Of a stretch of DNA of 64,000 nucleotides, positions 26,901 to 38,900 are shown in pieces (the stretch's first letter is position 1; each line of letters opens with the position of its first letter). A program made the translations under genes and the position numbers. The notes beneath the pieces are model-generated. The model was not told where the DNA came from. It saw nothing but the letters and a program-made list of their open reading frames with translations, and did no database searches. The stretch spans positions 271,394 through 335,393 of the forward strand of contig NMRA01000404.1 of assembly GCA_002633005.1 (NCBI GenBank), written 5' to 3'. The DNA is from Phoronis australis (taxonomy: Eukaryota > Animalia > Phoronida).

Positions 26901-29900
26901 TGACATCATGGCTAGAGCACTATGCATCTACACACTGCACATACTGGCACTAATAGACAAAAATATTCTAAATCTTTATATTTGTGAGAAATTTAACAAT
27001 TTAGAATTTTGGTTGCCGGTCATATTGTTTGCTAAATAAATAAAAATTATTGTAACATTTCTTAAACTGAAACTTGATCACTTGATCGCCAATTCCTTAT
27101 CTCTGTGATTGCTTGGTTAAATTAGTTAAAACATGTAAATATGAAGTAGGTTAAAATTGCCTAATGTTCTTATTAAACAGTTTTGTGGCAAAAATGCTCT
27201 GCCGCGAATCACTGAACCATGTCCAGTAGTGCTGGGTAATAACACTGCATGACAAGGCTATGTAAGCCCTCAAGGTATGTCATTAGTGCAAAGAACACCT
27301 ATGTGCAGAATTTTTATTTTCACATTTACAAATTGTCAATGAATACAACTGAACTTTGTTTGGCATAGATTATGTTAAAATAACATTGTAATTTAGTTCC
27401 TGTTATCCTTTAGTATAGTTAGGGGAATGCGAATACATCTTTAATTTAAGAAATAACTGGTTCATGACAAAAAGTGTAAACAGTGCTACTTTATTAGTTT
27501 GGCAAACATGTTTTGTAAACCGCCAAAATCAAAACAACAATTTTACAGACAGTAATTCAAAATTTACTGATTCGGTAGTGACACCTAACAGTCATTTTGA
27601 AAACAACACATTCTTAAGATGCTTTCCCACAGTGGTATCCCAAATGACATTATTGTAAATGCCCTTTCCCATACAATTAACTTCACTACTACCGAAGCTT
27701 CAATGTTAACTGTGGTTAACTGTAAAGTTAAGTGTCAGTGTTCCTAACAGCTTCTGAATTATAGTTCAGCAAATTTATCGCAGGGCTGCGCTAATGTGAC
27801 TGTCAAGGCCATATGACCAGTCATGTGACCAGTCATATGACCAGTCATATGGCCTTGCTGTTTTTGACAGTGCTTGCCATCAGAAGTGGCAAGGAATTCT
27901 CCCTCTCCCAAGATCAAAACTAAAACATCAACCTCACAAGGCAGCCAACGGTTGCCACATTGGGACAATGACGATGTACTAAAAATGACATATTAAAAAG
28001 TTTTACTCTTGAGCACGTTAACTGAGCTGATCCAAACAAAGGCGGTATGGCAAGGCACTAACTTGTGCATACACTTCACGTTCAATGATTTTTTAATTTA
28101 AAGAATCCAGAAAATACATGGATAAATTGAAACAGAATGCCTATAACACCAAAATAATATTCATCAGAACAAAATATTTCCAAATGGTAACCAGTCACCA
28201 CCTGCTGTTGGCAAACACAGGCATTGTTTCGGTGCAACACCAAAGCTTTGGTCAATTTGAACAACAGGTAATGCCCTTTAAGTCAGATGTGGTACATGTA
28301 GCCTATCTCTGCCTCTTTGTTACACAGGCTGTAAAACTGACGTTAACAACAAGGGCTGAAAGTCATTTGTCACTGGATTTGTAAATTTTTACATTTAACA
28401 TTTATGGCCTGCTTGATGGGATGTTGGTAGTTGTTTGATTTCAATATCGGGGTCAAGAGTTTGGTGAGAAATCGACCCATTTTTATAGGGAATGTGTGAA
28501 TTAACATTTACATGAATTAGTTGCCCCTTCTGTTGTGTTTTTGCTGAGATCAATACACCTGCAAAATGTGATCTTAGAGAACATTTTCTGTATGCATCAA
28601 GATTGTGTACTTTTGAGCATAACTGATATAATTAACAACATGCAATTAAAGTGGTTCTAATTAGCTTTTAACAATTCCAGCCTTTAATTTAAATTATTGA
28701 TGGATGCCTCTCAGCCAATTGAACTGACCATTGATCTTGCAAACAAATGTCATTCAAAATCAAATATTTGTCCTAGTTTTTCTTCCTTTGGTATTTTCGT
28801 TGTGCTATTGATTTCTTGTTGTTTGGTCTCTGGTCAATTTATCCTGGAGTATTTCTGCATTTATCTCAGACTGTCCAATTACCAAGTGTAGTATAAAAAC
28901 AATGCACATTTTTCTTAGTTTGCTTAACACAGTTGTGTCTGGACATTTTATATCATGATTCATTGCACCACTGTTAAAAATAATATTAGTTTCATGAACA
29001 GGATAATCTACTTGCAACATAGTTTCATGGTAGTTTTGTGTCGCAGTTGTTTTTTTTTTTTGAAATGCTAAACTGGATTTCCTTTTATTCCACTGCCTGA
29101 ATAACCAAGATCCACACTAGAGCAGATATCGTTAGGAAACCAACAGTGCATGTTTCCAGCCAAATTGCAGCTCAAGTGAAGCCATTGTAGGTGACCAGCT
29201 TTACTCTCATTCTGCTGCAGTGTGTTCAATGTCATGTGAAGGTAGTGATGGAACAGGCGACAGTAGTTGGCCATATTACTTAAATTTTCATTTTGTGTTA
29301 AATTAGTAAGGGTCGTTATCAGGAGAAGAAATTCTGAAACCATCCTCAGCATGGAATCGGATCTGAACCCTGGCGGTCACTGTCTATTGCTTTGCTGGCG
29401 GAGATAAAAGTCCACTCCATAATTCCAGACTATTTTTGAAGCCTATTTAATTTAACTGGTAAAGTTGCTGGCTTAGTTTCTGCAAATGTCTGACTGACAA
29501 ATGGCAAAAATTGTCTATTTGTTATAAAATTGCAAAAACACAACAGATTTTGTTGTTTTATTGCTCTTTTCAAAGCGAATATTTTCAAATATATTCCATC
29601 CTTGAAAAAAAGATAACGTGGCTTTCTTATGTTGAAAATGTGTATTGTTACGGGGTTCTGTTATAGCTAGTTTTTAAATTAAAACTTTCCATGCAATTCA
29701 GCAGTGATAATGAGTCAATGGGGTGTTTATAACACGATCTCTCAGCTGGGCGTTGACAAACTTTCAAATTTACTGGTGCATTGCGAAGAACTCTACGCAT
29801 GGCTCGTTATATATTGTTCCCGACGCCTCTCTTGTGAGGGTATCTATCAAAGAAACTTGACATGATGCTCTTGACAAGCCTTGTAAAGTGAAATGTTATT

Positions 29901-32900
29901 GGCCACTGTAAATGAATAAATTTATTTGCTATTTACGTTTATTTTGTCCCAGTGGTGTGGTAGATGCATTTTACTCACTCAGATGATTTCAGCGTCGTAC
30001 ATTTTGTAAACCGTGTACACGATGTTTATTAGGCTTTGTTAATTTTTGTATTAACATAAACCTGTTCCGGGATTTATAACGGCCAATAGAAACCTGCGGT
30101 ACAAACTACACTCGGAACTAGTTAAAGTTTCCTTCGTGGACTTGGGACACTTGGCGAGAGGAACTGCGCTGTTTTACTTTTTTTAAGTACGCAAGTGAAC
30201 CAATCTTTGAAGTTAGATGTATACGTGACAGCGAATTCATGGTGGAACCCAACGGTGCGGCTGAAGTGGAATATGTGCAAATGAAAAAGATGAAAAAACG
30301 TCGTGAACTTGACGCACTCGTCACGAACGGTAAAGCCAAAATGGGCATTGGGAAACGAAAGAAGAAAGGTCACCATGAACTGCTACAGAATCAAGACTCG
30401 GGATCGTCAGAAATTGACGAATTTAGTATAGACACGGAAAAGGCATTTGTTAGAAAGTATGAGTGAGCTGTCATTGTTTTCAGTTACTGTCAAATGTGTT
30501 CGGAGAGTTGAAGCCTGACTAATAAGGCCATATTTTATGATTGTTTTTATCAGGTGTTTATGGGCCATTAGATAATGTTGCCATTGGGATGTAGGTTTTA
30601 TTAGCATTTTGACCTGAGAAGTTAATGTTTTGTTTCAATAGGCAAATAGGAAGAACTTCATTAATTATGATTCTGTTTGTTTTCATTTGAAAATTAAACC
30701 ATTGGCTTGTAATTTCAGTTTAAAACATAATTCAATAAAGTTAAATGATGATATGAAATGGCAAAAATATGAAACTTCAAAGTTGAGCGTTTAGAATTTT
30801 TGGTTCTTGTGTTTTAGAGAATGATATTAGGAGATGTAAATGATTTTTGTCACTGATTATCTGTGTGAGACTGGTCGGTAAATAGCAACTGGTACTTTTT
30901 AACAAATGCCGTTATCGTTGTTGATGCGTTGTCGTTCTTGTAGCCGGGGCCGGAGGACAGAATCGAAAGTGTGCTCAAGATGTATAACTGTAGTCACCTG
31001 TTTGTTATCAGTGCTGTGCATCATAGCATGTGCAGGTCTTGCCTGGGTTCACATTGAACTTAAAAAGGACCTCGACTCTGTCCGTGTAAAACTTTCAAAA
31101 GGTATGAACGGCTACTTAGCTGCCTATTTTCCTATAAATATTCTTCATTGCTGGTGTTTAGTGCATTTGTAGGGTCAAGTTGACAGAATGAAGTCGAGAG
31201 TCTTCATTCTCACTAAGTCTTCCAGTGATGGCTTATGCCAGCTGTCTTGAGCGAACTTTTATGATCTCGCATGTATTATTGGTAGTCACATGTTAGATGT
31301 CTTGACACGAATGTATGTCATTTAGGTTCACTGATTACATTGGGTTACACTTGTAACAACCAATTTCAGGCAGAGATATGGAGCTTAAGAGAGGGGATGA
31401 AACCATAGTTCAAACTGTCATTATTTTACATTGAACACAAACTTGTCTTTAACTCTCTGCATAAATCAACTCTTTTCTTGAGCTTTTTAAGGGAACCTAT
31501 CTTTCTTAAAGTATTGTTTTGGATAAGTGGATGGGAAAGTTGTTTCAGTGTCTTTTAGTAGGCCAAAATTAGGTTTGGTCTCCTCTGTTTCAACTGAGCA
31601 CTAGTCATGGTCACTGGTTCAGTAGGAGGTGAACATAAAGCGCCACCTATGTTTTCCTTTGTGTAACACTTGGTTGCATCTTCATTTACATTTTGCCTGC
31701 TGGGATAAAAAAGAGTGTGAGTGGTCTGATTTGATGCGTCAGACTAGTGCACGCCTTCTGGTTGGACTCATTGCATAAAACAGCTGAGCTAAAAACACGA
31801 AAGCCCTGTTATCAATCAATGTGTTTTTCGTGAATGAAGTTTTCAAGTCTGCCCATCTCCTTTTAGAAAAGGGACAAACTTTTCCATTTGTTGCCATGTT
31901 GTAGGCGTGTAATGGTGTCCTGCAACAGTTTACTCCTTAGCTCATTAAAAGCTGGTCAAGCCTCTACCATGTGTTTAATGGTTTCAACGCCAATGTGGAT
32001 GCTCATATTTGAGTTTTTATCTTTGAAATATTTTTGAGAAAAGTTAACTGGTAAGTAAAATAAATTCAGTTATAAGTAAAGTGTCGAAAGGTAGTTCTTA
32101 ATGATCATTCCATTTTTCTTTCTCATCTGAAGAGTGATTCCTGCTGTTTGATTCTTGACCTCTGTTTCCTTTTTAGTGGAGACCAAAACCAAAGGGACTG
32201 TCATTGATGACAAGGAGCTTCAAAAACAAGTGAAGACTGTTTTTCAGTCACTAAGTAAGTAAACCTGTTAGGAATAGTGGTGCTTGGTATTAGTTACTAG
32301 TTGTGTGGAGACCTTTGAGTAAAATGTGTTTTCCTGTAGAATGTGAGTGTATCTGGTATTCTGTTAAAAAATCATTTTTGTTCTCAAACTGTGTGCATCA
32401 AGTCTCAATATTCTGTGCACCCAATAAACTGGCACGTATTGTAAACTCATCCAAAAATATTGGAATTTGAACTTTTAAGGCTTAACACCATTGGTTTCTC
32501 CTGTGGTATTGAATCACCCATACTGTTTTAAAACCATTTCAGGACATCTCGGAATAAACAGCCTGGCAATTATGGGCACGTTTTTCATGAAAGGCCCAGT
32601 GTCCAGTTGCAAGAAACAGTCCCAAATTGGGACACAACTACATATCTTAAATCTGTTGTGTATTTGTGGACTTCTGAAAACACTTATTGTCTTTTCTTGT
32701 GTTATTTTAGTTTTACTACTAAAAGTCAGTTTTTGAATTTCCTACAAAACCAGGGTGAACTCTAGATGGAATTATCAATGTTATTGTAAAAAGAATTGAA
32801 GGAAGGGGTTCAATTTTTTGTTATATTTTAGAAAACGCAGCGTTTCCCACTCCTTTTTGACCCTGCCACTTATAAATCATGCCCAAAGTGGCCGCCACAC

Positions 32901-35900
32901 ATCTATTCGTGACGGGGAAAACTTCACTGCCACCCAAAAGTCGCTAGTAAAAGTAATCGGTTGTAATAATGAATACGCACAAGTCACATGGCTACTTTCA
33001 TCGTTTGCGGATCGAATGGGAGAAATAATACATAATCGGATTTTGAATTTGCCCCCGTTAAACACTATCATTATATTTCCTTTCGTAACTTGCATTCGCT
33101 TGGTGACCGCAATTCACCTCTGCCTGGTTATCTGACAATGCACAGCAACTAAATACGGTCGGATACCAGGTAATGACCTTGACACTAGTTTTCTAAAATT
33201 GTGAAGCGCTATTGAAGTGCATGGAGAAACGATAAGCTTTCTTCATTTCATTGTGTCCGCGTTTACAAAAAAAATTGTACAGCAGTGTGACTTAAATTGC
33301 ACCAGACATTTAACGGTTTAATGAACCATAACCCAGCGCCAAAATGACTATATTGAATAGAAATCAATCTCAGATATGTCTGCATGGACTGGATTATACA
33401 TCATCTGCATAACTAATGCCGATTTATGTTGAGCAAGATCATTTCAACAAAAGTTTCATTATACAAATTGGTTTATTACACCTAAAAAGTTCTAATTTTT
33501 CCGTTCTATGTACATCACGTCATTGATGATGGTCACGTTAAGGTCGTGTGTATGATGAGTAACTTGTAGAATACACCAGTCTGCACCAATTGTTTAGTTT
33601 TCTCCTTTCAAAACCTCACAGTAAAGATAAAGTGACGGAAAAATATTCATCTGTTAGAAAAGAATGCAAAATATTTGTGGATTTTAGTTGAATCTCAGTT
33701 TGGGACTGTTTCATTATACTCGCCACAGGATTCTCTAACCCAAATATGACTCAAACTGAATGTCCTGTTTTAAAACATTGTGTACTTCTCTGCTGATACT
33801 CCAGTTAAGGCATCCACTCTTATTGAACTTGTCAGCAAGGTATAAAAAACTGAGTACCATAATTATGTAACGGTATGTCAAACTGTGCACCATAATGATG
33901 TAATGGTATGTCAAACTGAGTACCATAATGATGTAATGGTATGCCAAACTGAGTACCATAATGATGTAATGGTATGTCAAACTGAGTACCATAATGATGT
34001 ATTGGTATGTCAAACTGAGTACCATATGATGTAATGCATTAATTATTCATGTTTCCGTAAAGCAAAAATAAGCAGAAAAAAAACTCAGGCATTTCAAAGA
34101 TAGCTGAAGTTTTCTAGATATAGCTCGGGACTTTTTGAACATAGGTCAGGTGTTTGTTTGAACACCTGTAGGATGAACAGTAATGAATTGTCAGTTACAC
34201 TGTGTATGTTAGCACTCTGTTCCTTACAGGTCCCGTTTCTCAGTTGCAAATATAAAAATACGACTTCTGCGTGACTGCATTACCGAGGATACTCAAGTCC
34301 TCGCTTTTTTCTGTATTGATCGTTGTTTGGTTGATCAACTCGCTCACATCTAAAAGTGATTGGTCTCTGGAGATTACTCAAGTTGTTTAAATACTAATCT
34401 AATTCTATGCCATGCTGCCACTCTGTCTGTTCAATAGATGGATCTCTTCCAACTTAATAAAGGACTTAACCACTGTGTTGTTTGTAATGGGCAAGATACT
34501 CATCTGTCCATCTACAAAACATGACTTGAATCATAAGATATGTTTGCAGTTTTTGTGCCGTGTGTGTCGTGGTATGTAATCTTGTGCCGTGTGTGTCTTG
34601 GTATGTAATCTCAGTTCTGCATTACAGCCAAAGCTGGAGCACCGTTTGATTTAGAAAAAATGAAGAAGTCTTTTGATGAAGGGGTCAAGGAGGCAACAAA
34701 AGATCTTACTAAAAAGGTAACAAGATAAAACAAATCTGTACGCATAGTGAAGCATGTTTCTTCTAAACTATCCTTGAGAAATTAAGCAGATGGCTGACAT
34801 TCCTAAATGTTGTTGAATTTTCCCACTAGGTGACGTGAAAATAATGCATTTTATGTTGGACTTAGTTGGTGATTACCCTCATGTCTATTGGTGGCGTCTG
34901 TTTGATACAAGAGCACTCCCTCACTGAGTCACAGGACATCTAAATAATGTGAGATAATTCTAACTACTTCCTTCTGGAAAGTTGGCATGAACCAAACTTC
35001 AATATGCACTTTACATTCCTAAAGACATTGTTTACCATGTACATCTTGGTTGTTGCTATTAGTCTGCTTTATTTACCTAATTCCAAGATCCTCAGAGACG
35101 TGTCATTTCCATCAATGATGTTTACTGCTAGTGTCGGAAACTCTGGTCACATGGGATCTCTTTTGCCTGATGACATTGTCAGTACTTTCATTCTATGTGG
35201 ATGGCGCCACCTACCCTTAATTGTCAACATCTTTTCGGTCTGTATGGAAAGAAGGATGTCTGCCCTGCCTTTGCTGTATATGGTGAAAGGGGACACATAT
35301 TTCTTTATGTGTACATCAGTAGCTAGTTACAGAGTAAATAGTGTTTCGGGGGATCTCCCGAAATTTGTTACTAATAAATTTGTCTTTCTCTTGCTGCTGT
35401 TTACAGTATCGTGCTTAAGATGGTGCCGCACTTTAGTTTTGGCGTTTGTTGACAGGTGACTGAGCTAGAAGGTGAGGTAGAACGTCTGAAGGAGAGTGTT
35501 AAGTCGGCCCCTGCACTTAAAGCATTACCTGACAAAGTGGACACCTTGACTCAGGTATGGTGGAATAGTTGTAATGGGACTGTGTAATAGATGTAAATGG
35601 ACTGTGTAATGGACTGTGTAATGGATGTAATTGGACTGTGTAATGGATGTAATTGGACTGTGTAATGGATGTAAATGGACTGTGTAATAGATGTAAATGG
35701 ACTGTGTAATTGATGTAAATGGACTGTGTAGTGGATGTAAATGGACTGTGTATTGAATGTAAATGGACTGTGTAGTGGATGTAAATGGACTGTGTATTGG
35801 ATGTAAATGGACTGTGTAATGGATGTAAATGGACTGTGTAATTGATGTAAATGGACTGTGTATTGGATGTAAATGGACTGTGTATTGAATGTAAATGGAC

Positions 35901-38900
35901 TGTGTAATGGATGTAAATGGACTGTGTAATATATGTATGGGGACTGTTGTAATTGGGCTGTGTAATAGTTGTAATAGCAAATTTTCAAATAATAGCCTGT
36001 CGATTTGTCATGTGGGACCGGTTGTTAATAGCTTCAAGAGAACGAGGTGGCAATTTCACTTTTGTTTAAAACACACCATGTCTTGTACCGTGCATTGTAA
36101 GAGGGTGTTTTTGCAAAGTCCGGTATGTTTCCTCCTATGTCACTTGCTTCAAAGAAGAAGTACCTCTTGGTACAGCCAGGTGGCAGTAAGAGTCACTGAT
36201 CCTACATGGTCAGGCCTCGTAGGTTCTTGAGAGTCTCTCATTGGACAGTATTTTTCTGAAAGTCTCTCACTAGCCTGTGCAATAGTTGTAGTTGAACTTT
36301 GTTTGCAATTTGAAAATGCATTAGCTGTAACAACACCGTGTAGTAGTTGTGAAAGGCCTGGACTGCAGGCAGTCTCTTTGACACATGTATCCTGTCAACG
36401 TTCTGATTGCTTTTGCCAGGATACTTTTTCAGGAGTTTCATCAAAAGCTGTAAAAAGTTGTGTTTGGTCGTTTGTGCTGCCCCAAACTTGCTCTCACTGG
36501 TATGTTGTCTTGTTCTCGTATTTTTGTGCTTCTTGGTTACATGAGGATATCAGACCAGATGTCGTGACAGAAAATGCACATTGTCTTGTTTGTAGAGTGT
36601 TGCCACGGTGAAAGGTGACCTTCGCACTGTGTCCGACCTAGTTAAGAGTGTGAGTGACAAAGAGGCACAGCTTGAGAAGAACAGCAAAGTGATCCAACAG
36701 AGACTAGCAGTTATGGAGAGTAGGGGTGTGTCTGTGGACAAGAAACAAAATGCTGAAACAACCGTAGGGGAGGGAAATGACAAGGTCAGTATAGTGTAGC
36801 CTGAGTGTGTTTGCACAGGATTCTCCTGGGTCATGTTACATATTGTAGTTCTGACCGTACCGTTGTATGATCTTGAAAATGGTGGAGAGGAACATGAACC
36901 TTGTTAGCGGTGTTGCATTCAAGCTGTGCGTTCTCCATCCAAATTTTCCTGCTTGTGTTTGTCCCTGGTCCATTTCATCTTGATGTTCTGACTGGCTCAG
37001 ATGACCGAGAACAAGTCTGGTGAGACATGGCCTTAAGTGTGAAGTTAGTCAAATGCTGTTTTAGCTAATCGCACACATGCATATCAATTTCCCCAAGATA
37101 AGGAAATAGAAGGTGACTAATTTTGAGTCCAAGATTATAAAAGCCACGGACATTCTTGGAACATGATGCAAAAATATTTTGGAGTGACTGATAGCTGTAC
37201 TGAGACTTTATTATGTGCTACAAAGGCTACAAAGTAACCAGCGGTCACTATTTAACAGTTGGTTGTTCGTGACCCACAAACGTTCCCAGACACTTCAACC
37301 AATAGTGTTGTTGAGAAGAGTTGCTGCTACAGTACTTAATGACCACTTACCGACACATTACCTTATCTGTTCTAGAACTTGACTGTACTAAGTACTGTGC
37401 AAGCTTCTCTCAAGACAATACAAGATGCAGTTAGTAGTAATCGGGTAAGTCTTCCTATTCCTGTTGTCAGATATTAAAAAGCCTTGATAGAGAGAATTTG
37501 GAATTGGTGAGAAGTGTGCCTTTGATGTCATGAATTTCCCTTCTGGTCACATGTTGTGTCAGCCTTGTTGTATCAGTTGTATGCCTGTCTTTAGTGTCAG
37601 TTGTCACACATATGTCCTGATCGGGTTATAAACAAAATTGTCTTGGCTGAGCAGACCTCAACTCTTCATCAAGGATCTCAACTGGCTGAATGTTTAGTAC
37701 CCCCCTGGTAGCTTTAGGCCTGATATGTCCCAGTTATCTCTGGTGTTTGTATGTCCATACACTCTTATCATTTAGATCCTATTAAATACATACGAATCAT
37801 ATTCTTACGCAACGTGTTCATTAACTCCTTAAAATGAACTGCATGCTAGTAAAAATCAGAAATAACAATCTTTGCTGCAACCTTTGATATGGCTGGCCCA
37901 CGTTTGACAAAATGATCCAAAAGTGTAATTGTCTTTTTTTTACACTTTGTGTTTTGTAAGTAAAGCTCAACAATGGACATTTCAGTTTCACCTGGAACAT
38001 CTCGACAATGTGACCGAGGGTTTAACCTTGAGGTTGGAGTTACTGGAACAGCAGGGTTCACACAACACGGCTACAGACCAGAGTACAGTACCTGACTGGG
38101 CCAGTATTGTCAACACAGCTGTAGAGAAGGCGGTGAGTGTACAGGTGAAACCTTTCACTAGATGCGAGCTAGGGTTAAATGTTGTATTAAAGTTGCACTT
38201 AGCCAACACATAACCGCCTCCACTGTAACACAAACTTAGTGGTGCTTCAATCCCCTTTCCGAAGGCAAAGACAAAGCCAAGCTCTTTCACATATATATTA
38301 TTGAGAATCTTGTAATTAGTTACGAAAATTTAACCGATTTCCTTAGTGCTTCAAAAGATGTCTCACTTCCAACTATAATTAGCGATATAATGACCCTTAC
38401 TTTATAAGTTGAAGAATGGCTTTTTTTTCTTGTCAGTTGAGTTTCAATTTCCACTTTTTGCCCCGTGTCCCTCATGCACTCATACATTGTCTTGTTTCAG
38501 TTGGAGAAAGTGTCCAACAAGAGCATTCCTATTTCTCAGTCTGTTAACAGTTCTACGGCCGTCTCTGGTGACGCTCTCAATCAACTGACTGTAAACAATT
38601 CTACGGCCGTCTCTAGTGACGCTCTCAATCAACTGACACAACATATGGCTAACATCTCATCACAACTTGTGATATACAAGTCAGAGGCAGATCAGGTCAG
38701 CCTGAGGCAATGTTGTCTTCATCAGTTTTCAGTCAAAACACACACACCTTTAGGCTACATTGTCAACCTCTCTGTTCAGACTGTAATCTATGATGTCATT
38801 ATAGTGAAAATGAGCACCCTCTGTTGTTTCTCATCTTGAATGTGTTGTTGAATGGGTCCAATGTCTGCTGACAGCTGTTTTCGTTCGTACATCTAATTCA

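Noticed and set aside
32826-33198. Possible MITE (tttagaaaac...gttttctaaa ends, CpG-rich)
   Set aside because: Inverted match is only ~10 AT-rich bp and no clear TSD; plausible but unsupported without a repeat search.
33735-34025. Hydrophobic repeat ORF (MVLSLTYHYII)n
   Set aside because: 33-bp minisatellite read on the antisense strand of an intron.
35525-35988. His/Tyr/Thr-rich ORFs of 145-151 aa on the minus strand
   Set aside because: Translation of a 22-bp minisatellite; no evidence of coding function.
37001-37019. Candidate 19-nt micro-exon (cag ATGACC...TCTG gtgag)
   Set aside because: Would frameshift between phase-0 neighbours; weak polypyrimidine tract.
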